Below, piece by piece: positions 7,956 through 19,441 of a stretch of DNA of 19,907 nt. Position 1 is the stretch's first letter. Each line of letters starts with the position of its first letter. This DNA comes from Azolla caroliniana (taxonomy: Eukaryota > Plantae > Polypodiophyta). The notes under the pieces were generated by a model, which worked only from the letters and a program-made list of their open reading frames with translations, had not been told where the DNA came from and searched no databases. The stretch is taken from positions 1-19,907 of the forward strand of contig JBHGNT010000588.1 in the NCBI GenBank assembly GCA_043228905.1. Direction: 5' to 3'. A program made the position numbers and the translations under genes.

Positions 7956-8701
7956 ATGGCAAAGCTTACTTCCGTATTCCTCATACCGCGGCCAATGCTA
8001 GGTCTGTAGGGCGGGACCGTGAAGAGGAGCGACGCGATCGACGTCGTGAGGGAGACATTGACGAGGAGAGGCGCGATCGACGCCGAGAGGGGGAGTGCGA
8101 GCGACGTCGTGAGGGGTTCCTTGAGGAGGGGCGCCGCTACAGAGACAACAAGAGAGACTCCGAAGAGGAAAGGGAACGTCGTAGCCGTGGTCGCGATGAG
8201 CCACGTGACGAGGAACTGAGGCGAGAGTGCGGTGATTTCATCGACAAGCAGATCCGAGAGCTACAAGAGCGCTCCGAAAGAGAGGAAGGTGAACAAGGAC
8301 GTCGCTCCCCATGGATCGAAAACACTCGATACTCAAGACCCTCGGAACGGTGCTGCAGGAACGTCGAACGAATCCCCGCCGAAGATCGATGCGATCGCCT
8401 ACGTGATGCCTTGTATGCTGACGAGGAGGAACGACGCAATGATGAAGGCCGACGCCATGGCCAACAATCAAGGGAACACCGTAGCTGGGAGGAAGAGGAC
8501 GAGGAGCGCGAGAGAGATAGCAGCCGTGAGCGACGAGAGGGTGACGAACGCCGCCACCGCATGTCTCGACGACAAGAGGACGAACGTCAACAACGTCGCC
8601 AATTCAAGGCCGATGACGAGGAAAGAGCTCTAGGCGTCGCCGCCTCCCGCCTACTCCAACAGTGCGATCTTCGCCCTCGTGCTTGTATTCGTCGCTTCTA
8701 A
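7956..8701 (+). pseudogene. Frameshifted copy of the 2S albumin-like gene (25-bp deletion in the signal peptide)
   Basis: GGCCGTGATCATGCTCGCCGCGTGT is missing at 7984/7985. The ATG at 7956 reads MAKLTSVFLIPRPMLGL to TAG at 8007-8009. The rest matches the short variant. Confidence 0.9.
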
Positions 8702-9462
8702 ATAGTACATAAACCTTGTTCAAATTATTCTCGTGGTCTCTCTCTAATTTCTCGTAAGTGTTTACGAACAAGTGCGTCTCCCCAATCGCGCATTACACCC
8801 ACACGAACGTAAACACGAGCACCAACGTCCCTCCAACACGAACGTAAACACGAGCACCAACGCATAGAATTTGCCTATAGGGACCGCAAACCACCCAAAC
8901 GGAAAAAAAAACATCAAAGCAGGACACCCATACCGCACACGCCACGGCAACGGCTAAGGCTAAGGTCAACTTGTACACGCGGCGAATGTGAACTTGCTTC
9001 CACACTTGCCCGATAGGACACTCCTAGTGTGGTAGTCCGGTTAGCTTTCCTTGTCGTCGTCGTTACCAACCCCTCGTCCGTCCGAACGAGCGAGTACGGA
9101 CACCGGTCTATCTACGTTCATCGATGTAGCACACTCGGGAGCCACCACTCGTCCCGCAGTAGCCTCCGCGTGCTTAGTGTCTCGGCACTAGCGCGTTCTA
9201 GTTTAATGTGCACGTGCCCGCACACCCCTACGCGCACGCGCGAGTGCGCACATTTACCTATGTATGTATAAATGTTATGTTGCTCGACAAGCTCTCGCGC
9301 GAGGAGGAGGAGTACCCGCTACAGGTTGCGCCCAGATTGTCTGGTGACAATACGACACCTAGGACTAGCCTAGACGTGTGGGAGGGTGGACTAGTTGGTA
9401 TGGGTCTTGGGCAAGAGTTGTACGCAGGACACACACGTTATGGTAATGGGAGTGGTGAGTGA

Positions 9463-9504
9463 CATGCATGTGCTCTGATTGCATGGCCATGTGTATATAT
9501 TAAA
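9463..9504 (+). promoter_or_regulatory. RY element + TATA box core promoter (copy)
   Basis: Same sequence as 1273-1314. Confidence 0.75.
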
Positions 9505-9570
9505 GGTGGAGGGAGCAATGTCAATACAATCCATTAGGAGACAAGCACCGGGATCATAAGGACAATCGCA

Positions 9571-10341
9571 ATGGCAAAGCTTACTTCCGTATTCCTCATG
9601 GCCGTGATCATGCTCGCCGCGTGTACCGCGGCCAATGCTAGGTCTGTAGGGCGGGACCGTGAAGAGGAGCGACGCGATCGACGTCGTGAGGGAGACATTG
9701 ACGAGGAGAGGCGCGATCGACGCCGAGAGGGGGAGTGCGAGCGACGTCGTGAGGGGTTCCTTGAGGAGGGGCGCCGCTACAGAGACAACAAGAGAGACTC
9801 CGAAGAGGAAAGGGAACGTCGTAGCCGTGGTCGCGATGAGCCACGTGACGAGGAACTGAGGCGAGAGTGCGGTGATTTCATCGACAAGCAGATCCGAGAG
9901 CTACAAGAGCGCTCCGAAAGAGAGGAAGGTGAACAAGGACGTCGCTCCCCATGGATCGAAAACACTCGATACTCAAGACCCTCGGAACGGTGCTGCAGGA
10001 ACGTCGAACGAATCCCCGCCGAAGATCGATGCGATCGCCTACGTGATGCCTTGTATGCTGACGAGGAGGAACGACGCAATGATGAAGGCCGACGCCATGG
10101 CCAACAATCAAGGGAACACCGTAGCTGGGAGGAAGAGGACGAGGAGCGCGAGAGAGATAGCAGCCGTGAGCGACGAGAGGGTGACGAACGCCGCCACCGC
10201 ATGTCTCGACGACAAGAGGACGAACGTCAACAACGTCGCCAATTCAAGGCCGATGACGAGGAAAGAGCTCTAGGCGTCGCCGCCTCCCGCCTACTCCAAC
10301 AGTGCGATCTTCGCCCTCGTGCTTGTATTCGTCGCTTCTAA
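9571..10341 (+). CDS. Arg/Glu-rich 2S albumin-like storage protein precursor, 256 aa
   Basis: Translation identical to 1381..2151. Confidence 0.85.
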   Translation: MAKLTSVFLMAVIMLAACTAANARSVGRDREEERRDRRREGDIDEERRDRRREGECERRREGFLEEGRRYRDNKRDSEEERERRSRGRDEPRDEELRRECGDFIDKQIRELQERSEREEGEQGRRSPWIENTRYSRPSERCCRNVERIPAEDRCDRLRDALYADEEERRNDEGRRHGQQSREHRSWEEEDEERERDSSRERREGDERRHRMSRRQEDERQQRRQFKADDEERALGVAASRLLQQCDLRPRACIRRF

Positions 10342-11102
10342 ATAGTACATAAACCTTGTTCAAATTATTCTCGTGGTCTCTCTCTAATTTCTCGTAAGTG
10401 TTTACGAACAAGTGCGTCTCCCCAATCGCGCATTACACCCACACGAACGTAAACACGAGCACCAACGTCCCTCCAACACGAACGTAAACACGAGCACCAA
10501 CGCATAGAATTTGCCTATAGGGACCGCAAACCACCCAAACGGAAAAGAAAACATCAAAGCAGGACACCCATACCGCACACGCCACGGCAACGGCTAAGGC
10601 TAAGGTCAACTTGTACACGCGGCGAATGTGAACTTGCTTCCACACTTGCCCGATAGGACAGTCCTAGTGTGGTAGTCCGGTTAGCTTTCCTTGTCGTCGT
10701 CGTTACCAACCCCTCGTCCGTCCGAACGAGCGAGTACGGACACCGGTCTATCTACGTTCATCGATGTAGCACACTCGGGAGCCACCACTCGTCCCGCAGT
10801 AGCCTCCGCGTGCTTAGTGTCTCGGCACTAGCGCGTTCTAGTTTAATGTGCACGTGCCCGCACACCCCTACGCGCACGCGCGAGTGCGCACATTTACCTA
10901 TGTATGTATAAATGTTATGTTGCTCGACAAGCTCTCGCGCGAGGAGGAGGAGTACCCGCTACAGGTTGCGCCCAGATTGTCTGGTGACAATACGACACCT
11001 AGGACTAGCCTAGACGTGTGGGAGGGTGGACTAGTTGGTATGGGTCTTGGGCAAGAGTTGTACGCAGGACACACACGTTATGGTAATGGGAGTGGTGAGT
11101 GA

Positions 11103-11144
11103 CATGCATGTGCTCTGATTGCATGGCCATGTGTATATATTAAA
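11103..11144 (+). promoter_or_regulatory. RY element + TATA box core promoter (copy)
   Basis: Same sequence as 1273-1314. Confidence 0.75.
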
Positions 11145-11210
11145 GGTGGAGGGAGCAATGTCAATACAATCCATTAGGAGACAAGCACCGGGATCATAAG
11201 GACAATCGCA

Positions 11211-11996
11211 ATGGCAAAGCTTACTTCCGTATTCCTCATGGCCGTGATCATGCTCGCCGCGTGTACCGCGGCCAATGCTAGGTCTGTAGGGCGGGACCGT
11301 GAAGAGGAGCGACGCGATCGACGTCGTGAGGGAGACATTGACGAGGAGAGGCGCGATCGACGCCGAGAGGGGGAGTGCGATGACGAGAGGCGCGAGCGAC
11401 GTCGTGAGGGGTTCCTTGAGGAGGGGCGCCGCTACAGAGACAACAAGAGAGACTCCGAAGAGGAAAGGGAACGTCGTAGCCGTGGTCGCGATGAGCCACG
11501 TGACGAGGAACTGAGGCGAGAGTGCGGTGATTTCATCGACAAGCAGATCCGAGAGCTACAAGAGCGCTCCGAAAGAGAGGAAGGTGAACAAGGACGTCGC
11601 TCCCCATGGATCGAAAACACTCGATACTCAAGACCCTCGGAACGGTGCTGCAGGAACGTCGAACGAATCCCCGCCGAAGATCGATGCGATCGCCTACGTG
11701 ATGCCTTGTATGCTGACGAGGAGGAACGACGCAATGATGAAGGCCGACGCCATGGCCAACAATCAAGGGAACACCGTAGCTGGGAGGAAGAGGACGAGGA
11801 GCGCGAGAGAGATAGCAGCCGTGAGCGACGAGAGGGTGACGAACGCCGCCACCGCATGTCTCGACGACAAGAGGACGAACGTCAACAACGTCGCCAATTC
11901 AAGGCCGATGACGAGGAAAGAGCTCTAGGCGTCGCCGCCTCCCGCCTACTCCAACAGTGCGATCTTCGCCCTCGTGCTTGTATTCGTCGCTTCTAA
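11211..11996 (+). CDS. Arg/Glu-rich 2S albumin-like storage protein precursor, 261 aa (long variant)
   Basis: Translation identical to 3021..3806; extra 15 bp at 11381-11395. Confidence 0.85.
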   Translation: MAKLTSVFLMAVIMLAACTAANARSVGRDREEERRDRRREGDIDEERRDRRREGECDDERRERRREGFLEEGRRYRDNKRDSEEERERRSRGRDEPRDEELRRECGDFIDKQIRELQERSEREEGEQGRRSPWIENTRYSRPSERCCRNVERIPAEDRCDRLRDALYADEEERRNDEGRRHGQQSREHRSWEEEDEERERDSSRERREGDERRHRMSRRQEDERQQRRQFKADDEERALGVAASRLLQQCDLRPRACIRRF

Positions 11997-12757
11997 ATAG
12001 TACATAAACCTTGTTCAAATTATTCTCGTGGTCTCTCTCTAATTTCTCGTAAGTGTTTACGAACAAGTGCGTCTCCCCAATCGCGCATTACACCCACACG
12101 AACGTAAACACGAGCACCAACGTCCCTCCAACACGAACGTAAACACGAGCACCAACGCATAGAATTTGCCTATAGGGACCGCAAACCACCCAAACGGAAA
12201 AAAAAACATCAAAGCAGGACACCCATACCGCACACGCCACGGCAACGGCTAAGGCTAAGGTCAACTTGTACACGCGGCGAATGTGAACTTGCTTCCACAC
12301 TTGCCCGATAGGACACTCCTAGTGTGGTAGTCCGGTTAGCTTTCCTTGTCGTCGTCGTTACCAACCCCTCGTCCGTCCGAACGAGCGAGTACGGACACCG
12401 GTCTATCTACGTTCATCGATGTAGCACACTCGGGAGCCACCACTCGTCCCGCAGTAGCCTCCGCGTGCTTAGTGTCTCGGCACTAGCGCGTTCTAGTTTA
12501 ATGTGCACGTGCCCGCACACCCCTACGCGCACGCGCGAGTGCGCACATTTACCTATGTATGTATAAATGTTATGTTGCTCGACAAGCTCTCGCGCGAGGA
12601 GGAGGAGTACCCGCTACAGGTTGCGCCCAGATTGTCTGGTGACAATACGACACCTAGGACTAGCCTAGACGTGTGGGAGGGTGGACTAGTTGGTATGGGT
12701 CTTGGGCAAGAGTTGTACGCAGGACACACACGTTATGGTAATGGGAGTGGTGAGTGA

Positions 12758-12799
12758 CATGCATGTGCTCTGATTGCATGGCCATGTGTATATATTAAA
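12758..12799 (+). promoter_or_regulatory. RY element + TATA box core promoter (copy)
   Basis: Same sequence as 1273-1314. Confidence 0.75.
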
Positions 12800-12865
12800 G
12801 GTGGAGGGAGCAATGTCAATACAATCCATTAGGAGACAAGCACCGGGATCATAAGGACAATCGCA

Positions 12866-13651
12866 ATGGCAAAGCTTACTTCCGTATTCCTCATGGCCGT
12901 GATCATGCTCGCCGCGTGTACCGCGGCCAATGCTAGGTCTGTAGGGCGGGACCGTGAAGAGGAGCGACGCGATCGACGTCGTGAGGGAGACATTGACGAG
13001 GAGAGGCGCGATCGACGCCGAGAGGGGGAGTGCGATGACGAGAGGCGCGAGCGACGTCGTGAGGGGTTCCTTGAGGAGGGGCGCCGCTACAGAGACAACA
13101 AGAGAGACTCCGAAGAGGAAAGGGAACGTCGTAGCCGTGGTCGCGATGAGCCACGTGACGAGGAACTGAGGCGAGAGTGCGGTGATTTCATCGACAAGCA
13201 GATCCGAGAGCTACAAGAGCGCTCCGAAAGAGAGGAAGGTGAACAAGGACGTCGCTCCCCATGGATCGAAAACACTCGATACTCAAGACCCTCGGAACGG
13301 TGCTGCAGGAACGTCGAACGAATCCCCGCCGAAGATCGATGCGATCGCCTACGTGATGCCTTGTATGCTGACGAGGAGGAACGACGCAATGATGAAGGCC
13401 GACGCCATGGCCAACAATCAAGGGAACACCGTAGCTGGGAGGAAGAGGACGAGGAGCGCGAGAGAGATAGCAGCCGTGAGCGACGAGAGGGTGACGAACG
13501 CCGCCACCGCATGTCTCGACGACAAGAGGACGAACGTCAACAACGTCGCCAATTCAAGGCCGATGACGAGGAAAGAGCTCTAGGCGTCGCCGCCTCCCGC
13601 CTACTCCAACAGTGCGATCTTCGCCCTCGTGCTTGTATTCGTCGCTTCTAA
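12866..13651 (+). CDS. Arg/Glu-rich 2S albumin-like storage protein precursor, 261 aa (long variant)
   Basis: Translation identical to 3021..3806; extra 15 bp at 13036-13050. Confidence 0.85.
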   Translation: MAKLTSVFLMAVIMLAACTAANARSVGRDREEERRDRRREGDIDEERRDRRREGECDDERRERRREGFLEEGRRYRDNKRDSEEERERRSRGRDEPRDEELRRECGDFIDKQIRELQERSEREEGEQGRRSPWIENTRYSRPSERCCRNVERIPAEDRCDRLRDALYADEEERRNDEGRRHGQQSREHRSWEEEDEERERDSSRERREGDERRHRMSRRQEDERQQRRQFKADDEERALGVAASRLLQQCDLRPRACIRRF

Positions 13652-14412
13652 ATAGTACATAAACCTTGTTCAAATTATTCTCGTGGTCTCTCTCTAATTT
13701 CTCGTAAGTGTTTACGAACAAGTGCGTCTCCCCAATCGCGCATTACACCCACACGAACGTAAACACGAGCACCAACGTCCCTCCAACACGAACGTAAACA
13801 CGAGCACCAACGCATAGAATTTGCCTATAGGGACCGCAAACCACCCAAACGGAAAAAAAAACATCAAAGCAGGACACCCATACCGCACACGCCACGGCAA
13901 CGGCTAAGGCTAAGGTCAACTTGTACACGCGGCGAATGTGAACTTGCTTCCACACTTGCCCGATAGGACACTCCTAGTGTGGTAGTCCGGTTAGCTTTCC
14001 TTGTCGTCGTCGTTACCAACCCCTCGTCCGTCCGAACGAGCGAGTACGGACACCGGTCTATCTACGTTCATCGATGTAGCACACTCGGGAGCCACCACTC
14101 GTCCCGCAGTAGCCTCCGCGTGCTTAGTGTCTCGGCACTAGCGCGTTCTAGTTTAATGTGCACGTGCCCGCACACCCCTACGCGCACGCGCGAGTGCGCA
14201 CATTTACCTATGTATGTATAAATGTTATGTTGCTCGACAAGCTCTCGCGCGAGGAGGAGGAGTACCCGCTACAGGTTGCGCCCAGATTGTCTGGTGACAA
14301 TACGACACCTAGGACTAGCCTAGACGTGTGGGAGGGTGGACTAGTTGGTATGGGTCTTGGGCAAGAGTTGTACGCAGGACACACACGTTATGGTAATGGG
14401 AGTGGTGAGTGA

Positions 14413-14454
14413 CATGCATGTGCTCTGATTGCATGGCCATGTGTATATATTAAA
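14413..14454 (+). promoter_or_regulatory. RY element + TATA box core promoter (copy)
   Basis: Same sequence as 1273-1314. Confidence 0.75.
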
Positions 14455-14520
14455 GGTGGAGGGAGCAATGTCAATACAATCCATTAGGAGACAAGCACCG
14501 GGATCATAAGGACAATCGCA

Positions 14521-15291
14521 ATGGCAAAGCTTACTTCCGTATTCCTCATGGCCGTGATCATGCTCGCCGCGTGTACCGCGGCCAATGCTAGGTCTGTAGG
14601 GCGGGACCGTGAAGAGGAGCGACGCGATCGACGTCGTGAGGGAGACATTGACGAGGAGAGGCGCGATCGACGCCGAGAGGGGGAGTGCGAGCGACGTCGT
14701 GAGGGGTTCCTTGAGGAGGGGCGCCGCTACAGAGACAACAAGAGAGACTCCGAAGAGGAAAGGGAACGTCGTAGCCGTGGTCGCGATGAGCCACGTGACG
14801 AGGAACTGAGGCGAGAGTGCGGTGATTTCATCGACAAGCAGATCCGAGAGCTACAAGAGCGCTCCGAAAGAGAGGAAGGTGAACAAGGACGTCGCTCCCC
14901 ATGGATCGAAAACACTCGATACTCAAGACCCTCGGAACGGTGCTGCAGGAACGTCGAACGAATCCCCGCCGAAGATCGATGCGATCGCCTACGTGATGCC
15001 TTGTATGCTGACGAGGAGGAACGACGCAATGATGAAGGCCGACGCCATGGCCAACAATCAAGGGAACACCGTAGCTGGGAGGAAGAGGACGAGGAGCGCG
15101 AGAGAGATAGCAGCCGTGAGCGACGAGAGGGTGACGAACGCCGCCACCGCATGTCTCGACGACAAGAGGACGAACGTCAACAACGTCGCCAATTCAAGGC
15201 CGATGACGAGGAAAGAGCTCTAGGCGTCGCCGCCTCCCGCCTACTCCAACAGTGCGATCTTCGCCCTCGTGCTTGTATTCGTCGCTTCTAA
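14521..15291 (+). CDS. Arg/Glu-rich 2S albumin-like storage protein precursor, 256 aa
   Basis: Translation identical to 1381..2151. Confidence 0.85.
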   Translation: MAKLTSVFLMAVIMLAACTAANARSVGRDREEERRDRRREGDIDEERRDRRREGECERRREGFLEEGRRYRDNKRDSEEERERRSRGRDEPRDEELRRECGDFIDKQIRELQERSEREEGEQGRRSPWIENTRYSRPSERCCRNVERIPAEDRCDRLRDALYADEEERRNDEGRRHGQQSREHRSWEEEDEERERDSSRERREGDERRHRMSRRQEDERQQRRQFKADDEERALGVAASRLLQQCDLRPRACIRRF

Positions 15292-16052
15292 ATAGTACAT
15301 AAACCTTGTTCAAATTATTCTCGTGGTCTCTCTCTAATTTCTCGTAAGTGTTTACGAACAAGTGCGTCTCCCCAATCGCGCATTACACCCACACGAACGT
15401 AAACACGAGCACCAACGTCCCTCCAACACGAACGTAAACACGAGCACCAACGCATAGAATTTGCCTATAGGGACCGCAAACCACCCAAACGGAAAAAAAA
15501 ACATCAAAGCAGGACACCCATACCGCACACGCCACGGCAACGGCTAAGGCTAAGGTCAACTTGTACACGCGGCGAATGTGAACTTGCTTCCACACTTGCC
15601 CGATAGGACACTCCTAGTGTGGTAGTCCGGTTAGCTTTCCTTGTCGTCGTCGTTACCAACCCCTCGTCCGTCCGAACGAGCGAGTACGGACACCGGTCTA
15701 TCTACGTTCATCGATGTAGCACACTCGGGAGCCACCACTCGTCCCGCAGTAGCCTCCGCGTGCTTAGTGTCTCGGCACTAGCGCGTTCTAGTTTAATGTG
15801 CACGTGCCCGCACACCCCTACGCGCACGCGCGAGTGCGCACATTTACCTATGTATGTATAAATGTTATGTTGCTCGACAAGCTCTCGCGCGAGGAGGAGG
15901 AGTACCCGCTACAGGTTGCGCCCAGATTGTCTGGTGACAATACGACACCTAGGACTAGCCTAGACGTGTGGGAGGGTGGACTAGTTGGTATGGGTCTTGG
16001 GCAAGAGTTGTACGCAGGACACACACGTTATGGTAATGGGAGTGGTGAGTGA

Positions 16053-16094
16053 CATGCATGTGCTCTGATTGCATGGCCATGTGTATATATTAAA
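16053..16094 (+). promoter_or_regulatory. RY element + TATA box core promoter (copy)
   Basis: Same sequence as 1273-1314. Confidence 0.75.
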
Positions 16095-16160
16095 GGTGGA
16101 GGGAGCAATGTCAATACAATCCATTAGGAGACAAGCACCGGGATCATAAGGACAATCGCA

Positions 16161-16931
16161 ATGGCAAAGCTTACTTCCGTATTCCTCATGGCCGTGATCA
16201 TGCTCGCCGCGTGTACCGCGGCCAATGCTAGGTCTGTAGGGCGGGACCGTGAAGAGGAGCGACGCGATCGACGTCGTGAGGGAGACATTGACGAGGAGAG
16301 GCGCGATCGACGCCGAGAGGGGGAGTGCGAGCGACGTCGTGAGGGGTTCCTTGAGGAGGGGCGCCGCTACAGAGACAACAAGAGAGACTCCGAAGAGGAA
16401 AGGGAACGTCGTAGCCGTGGTCGCGATGAGCCACGTGACGAGGAACTGAGGCGAGAGTGCGGTGATTTCATCGACAAGCAGATCCGAGAGCTACAAGAGC
16501 GCTCCGAAAGAGAGGAAGGTGAACAAGGACGTCGCTCCCCATGGATCGAAAACACTCGATACTCAAGACCCTCGGAACGGTGCTGCAGGAACGTCGAACG
16601 AATCCCCGCCGAAGATCGATGCGATCGCCTACGTGATGCCTTGTATGCTGACGAGGAGGAACGACGCAATGATGAAGGCCGACGCCATGGCCAACAATCA
16701 AGGGAACACCGTAGCTGGGAGGAAGAGGACGAGGAGCGCGAGAGAGATAGCAGCCGTGAGCGACGAGAGGGTGACGAACGCCGCCACCGCATGTCTCGAC
16801 GACAAGAGGACGAACGTCAACAACGTCGCCAATTCAAGGCCGATGACGAGGAAAGAGCTCTAGGCGTCGCCGCCTCCCGCCTACTCCAACAGTGCGATCT
16901 TCGCCCTCGTGCTTGTATTCGTCGCTTCTAA
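16161..16931 (+). CDS. Arg/Glu-rich 2S albumin-like storage protein precursor, 256 aa
   Basis: Translation identical to 1381..2151. Confidence 0.85.
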   Translation: MAKLTSVFLMAVIMLAACTAANARSVGRDREEERRDRRREGDIDEERRDRRREGECERRREGFLEEGRRYRDNKRDSEEERERRSRGRDEPRDEELRRECGDFIDKQIRELQERSEREEGEQGRRSPWIENTRYSRPSERCCRNVERIPAEDRCDRLRDALYADEEERRNDEGRRHGQQSREHRSWEEEDEERERDSSRERREGDERRHRMSRRQEDERQQRRQFKADDEERALGVAASRLLQQCDLRPRACIRRF

Positions 16932-17692
16932 ATAGTACATAAACCTTGTTCAAATTATTCTCGTGGTCTCTCTCTAATTTCTCGTAAGTGTTTACGAACA
17001 AGTGCGTCTCCCCAATCGCGCATTACACCCACACGAACGTAAACACGAGCACCAACGTCCCTCCAACACGAACGTAAACACGAGCACCAACGCATAGAAT
17101 TTGCCTATAGGGACCGCAAACCACCCAAACGGAAAAAAAAACATCAAAGCAGGACACCCATACCGCACACGCCACGGCAACGGCTAAGGCTAAGGTCAAC
17201 TTGTACACGCGGCGAATGTGAACTTGCTTCCACACTTGCCCGATAGGACACTCCTAGTGTGGTAGTCCGGTTAGCTTTCCTTGTCGTCGTCGTTACCAAC
17301 CCCTCGTCCGTCCGAACGAGCGAGTACGGACACCGGTCTATCTACGTTCATCGATGTAGCACACTCGGGAGCCACCACTCGTCCCGCAGTAGCCTCCGCG
17401 TGCTTAGTGTCTCGGCACTAGCGCGTTCTAGTTTAATGTGCACGTGCCCGCACACCCCTACGCGCACGCGCGAGTGCGCACATTTACCTATGTATGTATA
17501 AATGTTATGTTGCTCGACAAGCTCTCGCGCGAGGAGGAGGAGTACCCGCTACAGGTTGCGCCCAGATTGTCTGGTGACAATACGACACCTAGGACTAGCC
17601 TAGACGTGTGGGAGGGTGGACTAGTTGGTATGGGTCTTGGGCAAGAGTTGTACGCAGGACACACACGTTATGGTAATGGGAGTGGTGAGTGA

Positions 17693-17734
17693 CATGCATG
17701 TGCTCTGATTGCATGGCCATGTGTATATATTAAA
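17693..17734 (+). promoter_or_regulatory. RY element + TATA box core promoter (copy)
   Basis: Same sequence as 1273-1314. Confidence 0.75.
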
Positions 17735-17800
17735 GGTGGAGGGAGCAATGTCAATACAATCCATTAGGAGACAAGCACCGGGATCATAAGGACAATCGCA

Positions 17801-18571
17801 ATGGCAAAGCTTACTTCCGTATTCCTCATGGCCGTGATCATGCTCGCCGCGTGTACCGCGGCCAATGCTAGGTCTGTAGGGCGGGACCGTGAAGAGGAGC
17901 GACGCGATCGACGTCGTGAGGGAGACATTGACGAGGAGAGGCGCGATCGACGCCGAGAGGGGGAGTGCGAGCGACGTCGTGAGGGGTTCCTTGAGGAGGG
18001 GCGCCGCTACAGAGACAACAAGAGAGACTCCGAAGAGGAAAGGGAACGTCGTAGCCGTGGTCGCGATGAGCCACGTGACGAGGAACTGAGGCGAGAGTGC
18101 GGTGATTTCATCGACAAGCAGATCCGAGAGCTACAAGAGCGCTCCGAAAGAGAGGAAGGTGAACAAGGACGTCGCTCCCCATGGATCGAAAACACTCGAT
18201 ACTCAAGACCCTCGGAACGGTGCTGCAGGAACGTCGAACGAATCCCCGCCGAAGATCGATGCGATCGCCTACGTGATGCCTTGTATGCTGACGAGGAGGA
18301 ACGACGCAATGATGAAGGCCGACGCCATGGCCAACAATCAAGGGAACACCGTAGCTGGGAGGAAGAGGACGAGGAGCGCGAGAGAGATAGCAGCCGTGAG
18401 CGACGAGAGGGTGACGAACGCCGCCACCGCATGTCTCGACGACAAGAGGACGAACGTCAACAACGTCGCCAATTCAAGGCCGATGACGAGGAAAGAGCTC
18501 TAGGCGTCGCCGCCTCCCGCCTACTCCAACAGTGCGATCTTCGCCCTCGTGCTTGTATTCGTCGCTTCTAA
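17801..18571 (+). CDS. Arg/Glu-rich 2S albumin-like storage protein precursor, 256 aa
   Basis: Translation identical to 1381..2151. Confidence 0.85.
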   Translation: MAKLTSVFLMAVIMLAACTAANARSVGRDREEERRDRRREGDIDEERRDRRREGECERRREGFLEEGRRYRDNKRDSEEERERRSRGRDEPRDEELRRECGDFIDKQIRELQERSEREEGEQGRRSPWIENTRYSRPSERCCRNVERIPAEDRCDRLRDALYADEEERRNDEGRRHGQQSREHRSWEEEDEERERDSSRERREGDERRHRMSRRQEDERQQRRQFKADDEERALGVAASRLLQQCDLRPRACIRRF

Positions 18572-19333
18572 ATAGTACATAAACCTTGTTCAAATTATTC
18601 TCGTGGTCTCTCTCTAATTTCTCGTAAGTGTTTACGAACAAGTGCGTCTCCCCAATCGCGCATTACACCCACACGAACGTAAACACGAGCACCAACGTCC
18701 CTCCAACACGAACGTAAACACGAGCACCAACGCATAGAATTTGCCTATAGGGACCGCAAACCACCCAAACGGAAAAAAAAACATCAAAGCAGGACACCCA
18801 TACCGCACACGCCACGGCAACGGCTAAGGCTAAGGTCAACTTGTACACGCGGCGAATGTGAACTTGCTTCCACACTTGCCCGATAGGACACTCCTAGTGT
18901 GGTAGTCCGGTTAGCTTTCCTTGTCGTCGTCGTTACCAACCCCTCGTCCGTCCGAACGAGCGAGTACGGACACCGGTCTATCTACGTTCATCGATGTAGC
19001 ACACTCGGGAGCCACCACTCGTCCCGCAGTAGCCTCCGCGTGCTTAGTGTCTCGGCACTAGCGCGTTCTAGTTTAATGTGCACGTGCCCGCACACCCCTA
19101 CGCGCACGCGCGAGTGCGCACATTTACCTATGTATGTATAAATGTTATGTTGCTCGACAAGCTCTCGCGCGAGGAGGAGGAGTACCCGCTACAGGTTGCG
19201 CCCAGATTGTCTGGTGACAATACGACACCTAGGACTAGCCTAGACGTGTGGGAGGGTGGACTAGTTGGTATGGGTCTTGGGCAAGAGTTGTACGCAGGGA
19301 CACACACGTTATGGTAATGGGAGTGGTGAGTGA

Positions 19334-19375
19334 CATGCATGTGCTCTGATTGCATGGCCATGTGTATATATTAAA
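19334..19375 (+). promoter_or_regulatory. RY element + TATA box core promoter (copy)
   Basis: Same sequence as 1273-1314. Confidence 0.75.
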
Positions 19376-19441
19376 GGTGGAGGGAGCAATGTCAATACAA
19401 TCCATTAGGAGACAAGCACCGGGATCATAAGGACAATCGCA

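Noticed and set aside
8411-8701. 96-aa ORF 'MYADEEE...' as a separate gene (also 221..511)
   Set aside because: It starts at a TTG (Leu161 of the full protein) and is only the in-frame tail of the frameshifted or window-truncated copy.
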